DNA of 47,983 nucleotides, from the NCBI GenBank assembly GCA_039796015.1, contig JBDKKQ010000293.1:1-47983 (forward strand). The letters are read 5' to 3'. The notes under the pieces were generated by a model. It worked only from the letters and a program-made list of their open reading frames with translations. It had not been told where the DNA came from and ran no database searches. This DNA is from Verrucomicrobiota bacterium (GTDB taxonomy: Bacteria; Verrucomicrobiota; Verrucomicrobiia; Limisphaerales; UBA9464). Shown one piece after another: positions 28,351 through 37,131 of the stretch. How positions within the stretch are numbered: position 1 is the first letter of the stretch; every line of letters starts with the position of its first letter. The translations under genes were made by a program, and so were the position numbers.

Positions 28351-28589
28351 GTTGTGACCGTGGGGGATGAAACCGAGTCTGGCGAGTCGGCAATTTTCCG
28401 AGGGCTTATCCGAATTCATCGGAAGGGGCTTCAGGTGCACGGGTGTGTGAAGCAAAATTGGGTGATTTCCAGACAGGAATGGTTGTAGTCAGGCCCCCTT
28501 TAGGAGTCAGATTACTTCCAGCAACCCCGTCAGAAGCCTCGGCAGGTCATGGGTGGTGTTGCACACACAACAACAAACGCACTCAAGTC

Positions 28590-28763
28590 ATGAAGACCCT
28601 CAAATTGTCCGTGATTCTCGCTCTGGTTTCGGCCGTGTTCGGTGCCACCGCACTTTCCGCAGCGCATTCTCCGCGTGGTGCTTCCAATGAGTCGTCCAAG
28701 TCGGCAAAGGGCCACTGCGACTCCAAGGACGGCGCTTGTTGCAAGAAGGACAGCAAGAAGTAA
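28590..28763 (+). CDS. small secreted Cys/Lys-rich protein (57 aa)
   Basis: MKTLK + hydrophobic signal peptide, mature part ...HCDSKDGACCKKDSKK; A-rich leader and its own terminator. Confidence 0.7.
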   Translation: MKTLKLSVILALVSAVFGATALSAAHSPRGASNESSKSAKGHCDSKDGACCKKDSKK

Positions 28764-28814
28764 AAAGAGCCTCCGCTCTGGACCCTGTGGGCGAAATCCG
28801 CAGGGGCCAATCGA

Positions 28815-28854
28815 TCAGGCGTTTCCGGTCTTCGGAGACGCCTGAATTGTTTTT
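28815..28854 (+). terminator. intrinsic terminator
   Basis: tcaggcgtttccg-gtctt-cggagacgcctga followed by attgttttt. Confidence 0.8.
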
Positions 28855-29230
28855 AGCCAAGGAGCCCTCTGGACGTGGGCTCCGCTTCCGGTTCAATTCA
28901 AGGTATAGAGCGATTCCGAGGCGATGGGACAAATGCGGGCTACCTAGAATGAGCTGAGCAATGCCGTGACCCGGCTTCATCCGTTGGTGCCTCGATGGAG
29001 TGCGCCCACGGTACAGGCTGAAATCCTCAAGGCCCTCTTTGAACCTGAAAACGGCGGTTGAAGGGGATGGAGTTTAAAGAGAATGGCCGTTGGAGTTGGT
29101 GATGGACCTGGTCGGGAGGGACTTAGAAGTTCCACTGCATGGGTGAGGTAGTGGGGGAATGAGTCCCGAAGTCGTTGGGTGGTTTGGATCTGAATGAATG
29201 GTTCGCAGGCTCCGGGGTAAATCGGGTGAC

Positions 29231-29247
29231 GCGGCAAAGTTGTCCGG
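29231..29247. promoter_or_regulatory. candidate enhancer (bEBP site) GCGGCAAAGTTGTCCGG
   Basis: 14/17 identical to 6713..6729; about 105 bp upstream of a sigma54 site. Confidence 0.45.
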
Positions 29248-29342
29248 AGGAGGGTCTGGGTTGCCGGTGGTCTTGGGGAGAAAGAGCCGGTCGCCGGGGT
29301 GATAGGAGCAAAAACCCCCTTAGAAACCCCATAAAAGACGCG

Positions 29343-29359
29343 TGGCACTCCGGATGCTT
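29343..29359 (+). promoter_or_regulatory. sigma54 (-24/-12) promoter of flgF operon
   Basis: TGGCACTCCGGATGCTT: GG-N10-GC with TGGCAC. Confidence 0.75.
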
Positions 29360-29369
29360 CACGGCAGGT

Positions 29370-30131
29370 GTGAATGTCGGAATTTATCAAGCCGCTGCAG
29401 CGATGACGGGTAATGCCCGCTGGCAGGAGGCTATTTCCGAGAACTTGGCCTCCGCGACGGTGCCCGGGTTCAAACGCACGGAGGTCTCCTTTTCTAGCCT
29501 GGCTTCGGGGTTTGTCCCGCCCGGTGATGCCGGCAGCCAAATCGACCGCGGCATGCGCTACCAGTTGCCCAATGCCCGAGGTTCGACGGTTTTCTCGGCC
29601 GGTGAGTTTCAGGCTACTGGGGTTCCCACCCATGTCGCAATTGAGGGGAACGGTTTTTTCGAGGTGCAGTTGCCCAATGGCGAATTGGGCTACACCCGTA
29701 GCGGACAGTTCTCCGTCGGACCGACCGGTCAGTTGGTGACATCGCAGGGTTTTCCAGTTCTCTCCGACGGTGGAGCCGTCCAGTTGGATAACACCGTCCC
29801 CGGTCCGATCTCCATCGCGGCCGATGGCACCGTTTCCAAGGGGGCCGCATCCCGTGGCAAGCTGCGTGTGGTTGCCTTCAATGCTCCCAATCGGCTGAGC
29901 GCCGCGGGCGGCGGCATCTGGAAGTCCACCGATCCGTCTCTGCAAAAGACCGATTCCGTCAATCCCATGCTGCGCGGCGGCGGGCTAGAAGGATCCAACA
30001 CCTCTGCCGTGGCTGAAATGGTCGGCATGATCCACGCCATGCGCATGTTCGAGGCCAACCAGAAGGTCATCCAGACGCAGGATGACCGCATGGGACGGGT
30101 CATTAATGACCTTGGGGGCGCACCTAGCTAG
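29370..30131 (+). CDS. flgF: flagellar basal-body rod protein FlgF-type
   Basis: ISENLASATVPGFK, VAIEGNGFF, YTRSGQF, LEGSNTSAVAEMV..R.FEANQK; immediately upstream of flgG; GTG start. Confidence 0.85.
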   Translation: MNVGIYQAAAAMTGNARWQEAISENLASATVPGFKRTEVSFSSLASGFVPPGDAGSQIDRGMRYQLPNARGSTVFSAGEFQATGVPTHVAIEGNGFFEVQLPNGELGYTRSGQFSVGPTGQLVTSQGFPVLSDGGAVQLDNTVPGPISIAADGTVSKGAASRGKLRVVAFNAPNRLSAAGGGIWKSTDPSLQKTDSVNPMLRGGGLEGSNTSAVAEMVGMIHAMRMFEANQKVIQTQDDRMGRVINDLGGAPS

Positions 30132-30157
30132 GCCTGAATTCACTAGGCCTAAATTCA
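30128..30157. repeat. 15-bp tandem duplication spanning the flgF stop
   Basis: ctaggcctgaattca ctaggcctaaattca. Confidence 0.8.
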
Positions 30158-30189
30158 ATTAAACTAAGCAGCTCCCAAAACCCTCTTCT

Positions 30190-30972
30190 ATGATCCGAGC
30201 CCTTTATTCCTCCGCCGCCGGAATGCAGTCCCAGCAGACGCAGCTCGACGTGATCTCGAACAACCTCGCCAACGTGAACACGACGGGATTTAAGAAATCC
30301 CGGCCCGAGTTCCAGGACTTGTTGTACCAGAACGAGCGGCCTTCCGGAGCCGATCAGGGTGCGGGCAATTTGGCGCCGTCCGGAGTCCAGATCGGTCATG
30401 GTTCCCAATTGGTGGCCACGGCCAAGGTTTTCACCACCGGTGAATTGACCAATACCGGCAACAAGTTCGACGTGGCCATTCAGGGGGATGGATTCTTCGA
30501 GGTCCAGATGCCCGATGGCAGTCGGGCCTTCACCCGCGACGGCGCGTTGAAGCTCAGTAACACCGGCAACTGGGTTACCAGCGATGGACTGCCTCTCTTG
30601 GGTGGGTTCCAGGCGGTGGCCGCAGGAACAACCGACGTCTCGATTTCACCGGGCGGGACCGTCACGACCCAAGGCGCGCAGGGCAATCAGACCTTCCAGG
30701 TCAATCTGGTCCGCTTCATTAACCCGGCAGGGCTCCAGAGTTTGGGGCGCAATTTGTACCGCGAGACCGGTGCCTCCGGGCAGGCCGAGCAGGGCAATGC
30801 AGCCCAGAATGGGTTCGGCAGTATCGCCCAAAACTACCTCGAAATGTCCAACGTGAAGGTTGTCGAGGAAATGGTCGGTATGATCGTCGCTCAGCGTGCC
30901 TACGAGGTGAACTCGAAGGCGGTCCAAGCGGCCGACGAAATGATGGGTCAGGCTAATAACCTCAAGCGCTGA
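30190..30972 (+). CDS. flgG: flagellar distal rod protein FlgG
   Basis: ISNNLANVNTTGFKKSRPEFQDLLYQ, LEMSNVKVVEEMV..AQRAYEVNSK. Confidence 0.96.
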   Translation: MIRALYSSAAGMQSQQTQLDVISNNLANVNTTGFKKSRPEFQDLLYQNERPSGADQGAGNLAPSGVQIGHGSQLVATAKVFTTGELTNTGNKFDVAIQGDGFFEVQMPDGSRAFTRDGALKLSNTGNWVTSDGLPLLGGFQAVAAGTTDVSISPGGTVTTQGAQGNQTFQVNLVRFINPAGLQSLGRNLYRETGASGQAEQGNAAQNGFGSIAQNYLEMSNVKVVEEMVGMIVAQRAYEVNSKAVQAADEMMGQANNLKR

Positions 30973-31940
30973 TGAAGTTCTCTCTCTCTCTTTTAATCCA
31001 GCTGTTGCTGGGGGTGGCATCCCTTGCGGCTCAAGCCCCAGGTCCGACGTTGGCGGCCTCCGAGCCGCTCGTCGCGGTCTTCGCCACCGGGGCGATGGTC
31101 CGTTCCGAAGGCGTCTTCTCCACAGATCTCATTCAGGGAGTTCCGGCCCTGCCGCGTGTCTGTGTGGCCCCGGCTCCGCAGGTTGGCGCCTGGTCTCAGC
31201 TTTCCCGGACTTCTGTTGTCGAGGCGTTGCGTATCGCGGGGGTCGATCTTTCGTTAGTTCGTTGGACGGGTCCAGAATCGGCCAGGGTTTCCCGGGCGAT
31301 GCGAGATTTGGGTGAGGTCGAAGTTCGCGATCGGATCACTCAAGAACTTCAGCGCCGATTTGCCCGCAACGGCGGCGAAATCGAGGTCCGCCTTTCTCGC
31401 CCTTGGCGCTCGGTCTCCATCCCCGACGAATCCCTGGACATACGCCTTCTCGATCTACCCACCGCGGGCCTCCAGTCGCTGATCTCTTTAAAGGTCGAGG
31501 GGCTGGTTGGGGGCGACGCGGTCGGTTCTTGGTTCCAACCCATCCAGGTCCGTCACTGGTGCGAAGTGCCGGTGGCTGCTGCGGCCCTTCGGCGTGGGCA
31601 ACTTCTCGTCGAGGTCGAAACCGTGCTTGAGCGTCGTGATGTTCTGGTCTCTCGGGGAATCCTCAAGGCTTTGCCCACAGCGGTTCAGAACTACGAACTG
31701 GCCGAGAGCCTGGCTCCAGGTCAGGCCCTTTCTGATCGAAGCCTCCGCCTCAAGACGGTGGTTTTCCGGGGGCGACGGGTCGATGCCCGGATCCAGGCCG
31801 GAACACTGGAAATCACCACCAAGGTCGAGGCCATGGAGGACGGGTATCCCGGGCAGAGCATTCGGGTGCGCAATCCCCTCTCAAAACGGGAGTTCCGAGG
31901 GGTCGTTCAAGGTGAGGACTCTGTCCTAATTCCCCTGTGA
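30972..31940 (+). CDS. flgA: P-ring assembly chaperone FlgA
   Basis: Signal peptide, SAF domain, C-terminal AMEDGYPGQSIRVRNPLSKR; position between flgG and flgH. Confidence 0.88.
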   Translation: MKFSLSLLIQLLLGVASLAAQAPGPTLAASEPLVAVFATGAMVRSEGVFSTDLIQGVPALPRVCVAPAPQVGAWSQLSRTSVVEALRIAGVDLSLVRWTGPESARVSRAMRDLGEVEVRDRITQELQRRFARNGGEIEVRLSRPWRSVSIPDESLDIRLLDLPTAGLQSLISLKVEGLVGGDAVGSWFQPIQVRHWCEVPVAAAALRRGQLLVEVETVLERRDVLVSRGILKALPTAVQNYELAESLAPGQALSDRSLRLKTVVFRGRRVDARIQAGTLEITTKVEAMEDGYPGQSIRVRNPLSKREFRGVVQGEDSVLIPL

Positions 31941-32620
31941 AGCCGGTCCAGAAATCCACGATCCCCATGAATGAGTTTCCCCAATTCCGACGCCCGCTCT
32001 TCGCGATCCAAGCGATCGCAGTGATGGCCGTTATGACCGTAATTTCGGTGCCTGTGTTGGCCGCCAACGGGTCTTTGTGGATCGAGTCCTCTGCTCGTCT
32101 GCTCTTGGCCGACAATCGTGCCCGTAATGTCGGCGACATCCTCACCATCGTGGTCGAAGAGACCAACGAATCGGCCAAGCAGAACAACACTAAAACCGCC
32201 AAAAAGACGGGCATTAGTGCGAGCATCTCGAGCTTCCTGTTCGGCGCGGGCCAAGACGGATTTCTGACCCGTGGCGGCAAGTATCCGTCCATGGACATGA
32301 AGTCCGACAAAAGCTTCGAAGGAGGCGGTACAATAAACAACTCCGAGCGCATCACCGCTCGGATTGCCGTCCGAGTGACCGAGGTGCTGCCCAATGGGCA
32401 CATGATTCTCGAGGGCCGCCGCATGACTCTGGTGGGTGGCGAGGAGCAGCAGGCCGTGCTGCGAGGATTGGTCCGTCAAGAAGACATCCAGCCTGGTAAC
32501 ACAGTCCTCAGCCACAACGTCGCTGATGCCACCATCAAGTTTGTCTCCAAGGGCGTGGTCTCCGACAGCCAACGCCGCGGTTGGTTCACCCGCGCTTTCG
32601 ACAAAATTACTCCTTTCTGA
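31937..32620 (+). CDS. flgH: flagellar L-ring protein FlgH
   Basis: DNRARNVGDILTIVVEE, VTEVLPNG, GLVRQEDI..NTVLSHNVADA, GWFTR; start 31937 or 31967. Confidence 0.93.
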   Translation: MKPVQKSTIPMNEFPQFRRPLFAIQAIAVMAVMTVISVPVLAANGSLWIESSARLLLADNRARNVGDILTIVVEETNESAKQNNTKTAKKTGISASISSFLFGAGQDGFLTRGGKYPSMDMKSDKSFEGGGTINNSERITARIAVRVTEVLPNGHMILEGRRMTLVGGEEQQAVLRGLVRQEDIQPGNTVLSHNVADATIKFVSKGVVSDSQRRGWFTRAFDKITPF

Positions 32621-32622
32621 CC

Positions 32623-33756
32623 ATGCGCCCCCAACGTTTTTCATCTTGTTGGACTGCGTTAGATCGCGGGTCCCGGATCTTCGCACTATTGAGCATTCTG
32701 TGCTGCTCACAGGCGCTGGCCCTGGGCACCCGGGTCAAAGACCTAGTTATGGTTGCCGGGGCGCGCGACAACCAGCTCGTGGGTTACGGGATCGTGGTGG
32801 GCCTCAACGGAGACGGCGACAAAAACCCCATTTATACGCTTCGCAGCTTCGCCAACTTGCTCCAGCGCTTCGGCGTCCAGGTGCCGGCTCAGACGCTCAT
32901 CGCCAAGAACGTGGCTGTGGTCATGGTGACGGCCGACATCAAGGCCTTCTCGAAGAACGGTCAACGTCTGGATGTCACCGTGTCTGCCATGGGCGATGCG
33001 CGCAGTTTGCAAGGGGGCGTCTTAGTGCAAACCCCACTCTACGCGGCCGACGGACAAATCTACGCCGTGGCCCAGGGTGCTCTGGCCGTGGGCGGTTTCA
33101 TCGGTGGCAATGCTTCGTCCAGCGTTCAGAAGAATCACCCCACCGTGGCGACGATTACCGGGGGTGGCCTGGTCGAGCGGGAGATCCCGACCCGCATCGT
33201 GGAGAACCAGGAAATTGAGCTGCTGCTGCGCGAGCCGGACTTCACGTCTGCAGCCCGATTAGCCATGGCGATCAATGAGCGGTTCACCAACTCGGCCCGA
33301 GCCATCGACCCTACTTCGGTCAAGGTTCGTATGCCTGAAGGGCTGGATCAGGCCTCTGTCGATTTCGTGGCCCGTCTGGAAGACATCGAGATGTCCCCGG
33401 ACACCACCGCCCGCATTGTCATCAACGAGCGGACCGGAACGATCGTGGCCACATCGAAGGTGAAGATCTCCAGCTGCGCGGTCTCCCACGGGGATCTGAC
33501 CATTACCATCGCCAACAGCTTCGATGTCTCGCAACCCAACGCGCTAAGCCAGACGGGCGAGACGGCCGTTACACAGCGGGCCGACGCCAGCGTCAATGAA
33601 CGCAAGGGCACGCTGATGACCATTGCCGACCTGCCCACCGTCGAAAAAGTGGCGGCCGGCCTTAACGCCATCGGCGTCACTCCGCGCGACATGATGGCCA
33701 TCTTCGGCTCCATGAAGCAGGCCGGAGCACTTCAGGCCGAACTCATCTTGCGCTGA
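32623..33756 (+). CDS. flgI: flagellar P-ring protein FlgI
   Basis: NQLVGYGIVVGLNGDGD, KNVAVVMVTA, SLQGGVL, INERTGTIV, KQAGALQAEL. Confidence 0.96.
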   Translation: MRPQRFSSCWTALDRGSRIFALLSILCCSQALALGTRVKDLVMVAGARDNQLVGYGIVVGLNGDGDKNPIYTLRSFANLLQRFGVQVPAQTLIAKNVAVVMVTADIKAFSKNGQRLDVTVSAMGDARSLQGGVLVQTPLYAADGQIYAVAQGALAVGGFIGGNASSSVQKNHPTVATITGGGLVEREIPTRIVENQEIELLLREPDFTSAARLAMAINERFTNSARAIDPTSVKVRMPEGLDQASVDFVARLEDIEMSPDTTARIVINERTGTIVATSKVKISSCAVSHGDLTITIANSFDVSQPNALSQTGETAVTQRADASVNERKGTLMTIADLPTVEKVAAGLNAIGVTPRDMMAIFGSMKQAGALQAELILR

Positions 33757-33759
33757 ACC

Positions 33760-34122
33760 ATGAACACTATTGGAACCAGTCCTTCTTCCGTTCCGCTGGC
33801 CGGCCTTGCCCACTCGGGCTCCAGGCCTCCGGGGGCCGCTCCCGCAGACAAGACCCGCGAGATGACCCAGCAGTTTGAGGCCGTCTTCGTGCGGCACCTG
33901 CTCAATGAGGCCCAAAAGCCGGTCCTCGGTGGCGGCGCTCTTCCGGCCTCGTCGTCTCGTGGTATTTACCAAGATATGATGGTCGAGCGTTGGGCCGACC
34001 AGATTAGCCAATCCGGGACATTCGGCGTCGCCCGAAGTCTCGAACTCCAGATTCGTCAGTCTTCCCCTGTGTCCATTTCAACCCCCGAGGCGGCCTTCTC
34101 AGGCGCCACAACTCTCCCGTGA
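33760..34122 (+). CDS. flgJ: FlgJ rod-binding domain protein (no muramidase domain)
   Basis: QQFEAVFVRHLL, IYQDMM, FGVA motifs; follows flgI. Confidence 0.8.
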   Translation: MNTIGTSPSSVPLAGLAHSGSRPPGAAPADKTREMTQQFEAVFVRHLLNEAQKPVLGGGALPASSSRGIYQDMMVERWADQISQSGTFGVARSLELQIRQSSPVSISTPEAAFSGATTLP

Positions 34123-34616
34123 ATTCATCCATTAAGGATCTAATTGAAGCGCTGCGGATGGAGCTGCAGCAATATGGTGAACTGCTGGCCCGTCTGGATC
34201 AGCAGCAGGAAACAGTCTTTCGGCGAGATGCCGAAGGAGTGCTGGACGGCTCTGCCGCCATCGAAAGTCAGGCCGCTCTCATCGAGGAGGCCCGTCGTGA
34301 ACGCGAATTGTGCCGGGCCCACTTGGCCCGCTCCCTGGGAGCTCCGGCCGATGCGTCGTTCGATCACCTCCTACCGCTGCTGCCCGAGGACTACCGTCCT
34401 CTGATTCGCGCGTTGGTAGAGGAAAACAACGAGTTACTGACCCGCGTCCGGGCCCGCTCCCGTCAGAACCACTTGCTGCTCTCGCGGACTGTGGAACTCA
34501 TGCAGCGGCTCATGGGCAGTTTGTTTGCCGCCAAGGGAGGTAGTACCTACTCCGGCGATGGAGCCTTGTTGGGTTCTCGCGCTCCAGCGCGGCGAATGTA
34601 CGAAGCGGTCGGATAA
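34119..34616 (+). CDS. flgN: flagellar export chaperone FlgN
   Basis: Helical protein with ..QNHLLL.. and TY..DG tail; precedes flgK. Confidence 0.8.
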   Translation: MNSSIKDLIEALRMELQQYGELLARLDQQQETVFRRDAEGVLDGSAAIESQAALIEEARRERELCRAHLARSLGAPADASFDHLLPLLPEDYRPLIRALVEENNELLTRVRARSRQNHLLLSRTVELMQRLMGSLFAAKGGSTYSGDGALLGSRAPARRMYEAVG

Positions 34617-34636
34617 ACCTTTTTGGAGCACGTTGT

Positions 34637-36067
34637 ATGTTGGGACTCTTGGGAACACTGCGTCTGGGAACTCGGGCCTTGGCTGCTCAACGGCAGGGCG
34701 TCGAGGTGGCCGGCCACAATTTGGCCAACGTCAACAACGCGGCCTACGCCCGGCAACGGGTCTCCATTCAATCGACCGCCTCCAGCGACGGCCTCACTGA
34801 TCCGGTGGGTTCTGGAGCAGAGGTGGTGGCTATCCGTCAGATCCGTGACCAAATCCTGGATAGGCAAGTTATTACCGAGGGTGGGGTGAGTGGCTCTCTG
34901 GAGGCCCAGCAGAACGCCTTGAAAACAGTGCAGTCGCTGCTTGGACAAAGCATTGATCGGGGCAATAGCGGCGCCGGAGGCACCTCGGCGGCCGACGGAG
35001 TGGGAGGCGGCCAGCAGTTGGCTGCGGGTTTGACCGATTTCTTTAACAACTTCGCGTCCCTAGCCGCCCAGCCAACTTCTCTTCCCGAGCGCGAAATTAC
35101 CCTACGTCGGGCAGCGTCCCTGGCGGCCCAGTTCCCGGCGCTCGACAATCGTTTATCCGCCCTGAGCACTCAGTTGGACGAATCCCTCAACACCGACCTC
35201 AAGTCGGCCAATGCGCTCTTGTCCGACATCGCGCGTTTGAATGGGCAGATTTCGCGGACCGAGGCCGTTTCGGGCGGTTCGGCCAACGACCTGCGGGATC
35301 AACGGCAAGCCAAGATGGAATCGCTTTCCGGAGTGATTGGATTCGATTCGTTCGAGTCGTCCGACGGCTCTGTGGGGATCGTGGTGGGTGGTGTTTCATT
35401 GGTCACCAGCGATATCCGGGCAAAGACTCTGGAGACGTTTACCAATACCGACGGCCAGCGGATGATCCGCGCTTCCGGCACCACCGATGTGTTGGCTATT
35501 ACCTCGGGTCGCGTGCACGGAACCTTGGATGCCCGTGACGGCGGTTTGAAAGACTTGCGCAGCAGCATTAATGACCTGGCCAAGAACTTGATCGACGAAG
35601 TCAATGCCGTGCATACCTCCGGCTTCGCCCTCGATGGTACTACCGGCCGGGCCTTCTTCTTGGGTTCTTCCGCAGCAGATATTCGTGTTAACCAAGACCT
35701 GTTGGATAATCCGAACTCCCTGCAGGTTTCCGGCAGCGCCATCGCACGGGGCGACAATCGGGTGGCCCAGGCTCTCTCGCAGTTAGGAAACCGGCCAATA
35801 GCAGCACTGGATGGCCAAACTTTGGGCAATGCCTACAACCGCATCGTCGGGCGGTTGGGTGAAGAGCTTTCCTCCGTCAACCAGCAGTTGGCCGACCAAA
35901 AAGTGGTTGCCGATTTGCTGAAGGGACAGAGGGATTCGGTCAGCGGTGTTTCCATTGATGAAGAAATGGCCGACCTCACTCGCTTTCAGCGCGGTTATCA
36001 GGCGAGTGCCAAGCTCATCAACACCATCGACGAACTGATGGATACGACCCTGAGCCTCAAGCGCTAG
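34637..36067 (+). CDS. flgK: hook-associated protein FlgK
   Basis: GHNLANVNNAAYARQRV, ANDLRDQR, SVSGVSIDEEMADL..FQRGYQASAKLI. Confidence 0.95.
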   Translation: MLGLLGTLRLGTRALAAQRQGVEVAGHNLANVNNAAYARQRVSIQSTASSDGLTDPVGSGAEVVAIRQIRDQILDRQVITEGGVSGSLEAQQNALKTVQSLLGQSIDRGNSGAGGTSAADGVGGGQQLAAGLTDFFNNFASLAAQPTSLPEREITLRRAASLAAQFPALDNRLSALSTQLDESLNTDLKSANALLSDIARLNGQISRTEAVSGGSANDLRDQRQAKMESLSGVIGFDSFESSDGSVGIVVGGVSLVTSDIRAKTLETFTNTDGQRMIRASGTTDVLAITSGRVHGTLDARDGGLKDLRSSINDLAKNLIDEVNAVHTSGFALDGTTGRAFFLGSSAADIRVNQDLLDNPNSLQVSGSAIARGDNRVAQALSQLGNRPIAALDGQTLGNAYNRIVGRLGEELSSVNQQLADQKVVADLLKGQRDSVSGVSIDEEMADLTRFQRGYQASAKLINTIDELMDTTLSLKR

Positions 36068-36092
36068 GGTTTCTTAACGAAAGGCCAACGAC

Positions 36093-37031
36093 ATGATTCG
36101 AGTCACCTCAGGAGCCTATGCCGATCGGTTGATTTCCAACCTGGGCACCATCACCGCACGGCAAGCCCGCTATCAGGCGCAGATCTCCACCGGTCAGAAA
36201 GTCAGGCTGCCCGAGGACGATCCGGGTGCTGTGCGGCGAACCTTGGATCTCGAAGGGGAACGCGGTCGGGTGGGTCAGTACGGTCGCAACGTCACCCGGC
36301 TCAAAGAGACAGCCACCACAACCAACATGGTGATGCGCTCGTTGTCCAAGATGGCCACTCGGGCCGGAGAATTGGCCGTGAAGTCCAACAGCATCCGCTC
36401 GGCCGACGATCTCAAGGCTTACGCAGCGGAGGTGACCCAGATGATCCATCAGGCTGTGTCTTCGGTGAATACCAACCTGCGCGGTGATTCGGTAATGGCC
36501 GGCACCCGCAATGGTCAACCGGCCTACACCTTGACCCTAGGCACCGATGGTCGGGTGCAGTCGGTGACCTACAATGGCAATCAGGACATACCGTCTCTGG
36601 ACATTGCCGAAGGTCAGGAACTCAGCGCCAGCGTGGTAGGATCGAACCCGACGGGCTCAGGTCCGGCTGGTTTGATCGAGGACCCTCGATCCGGAGCCGA
36701 TTTTTTCAATCACCTCATTCAGTTCCAAGATCAGTTGCTGGCCGGCACTGGCGCTGCGGTCACGACCACCACGGCGGTGGGGTTGCAGGCCGATGCCGAC
36801 AATCTCCTGCGCCACATTGCCGCCAATGGCGTTGTGCAAGGCCGCTTGGAGGCCGCCAGTGCAACAGTGAGCGATCGGTTGCTCTCTCTCGAAGGCCAAA
36901 TTTCTGGCGAGACCGACGTCGACTTGGCCAAGGCATTGGTTCGACTGAACGAGACTCAGGTTTCTTATCAGGCCGCCCTCCAGACCGGCGGCAAAATTCT
37001 GTCGATGTCCTTGATGGATTACCTGCGCTAG
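36093..37031 (+). CDS. flgL: hook-associated protein FlgL
   Basis: ISTGQKVRLPEDDP, DVDLAKA..YQAALQ..SLMDYLR. Confidence 0.93.
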   Translation: MIRVTSGAYADRLISNLGTITARQARYQAQISTGQKVRLPEDDPGAVRRTLDLEGERGRVGQYGRNVTRLKETATTTNMVMRSLSKMATRAGELAVKSNSIRSADDLKAYAAEVTQMIHQAVSSVNTNLRGDSVMAGTRNGQPAYTLTLGTDGRVQSVTYNGNQDIPSLDIAEGQELSASVVGSNPTGSGPAGLIEDPRSGADFFNHLIQFQDQLLAGTGAAVTTTTAVGLQADADNLLRHIAANGVVQGRLEAASATVSDRLLSLEGQISGETDVDLAKALVRLNETQVSYQAALQTGGKILSMSLMDYLR

Positions 37032-37131
37032 CGGCTGTGCTAAATCGCGGGCCGCAGCATCCCCGCTTTATCTTCCATGTGCCGTGTCCTTGATCGTGGC
37101 CCGGGGCTGACGATAAGGTGGTTTCACACTT

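Noticed and set aside
27895-28370. Several 97-125-aa ORFs
   Set aside because: Overlap the RNase P RNA gene
29212-29270. Loose resemblance to a c-di-GMP-I riboswitch (GACGC, GCAAAG, GGGTTGCCG) upstream of the flagellar operon
   Set aside because: Lacks the GNRA-capped P2 and the tetraloop receptor, and lies upstream of the sigma54 promoter; better explained as an enhancer site
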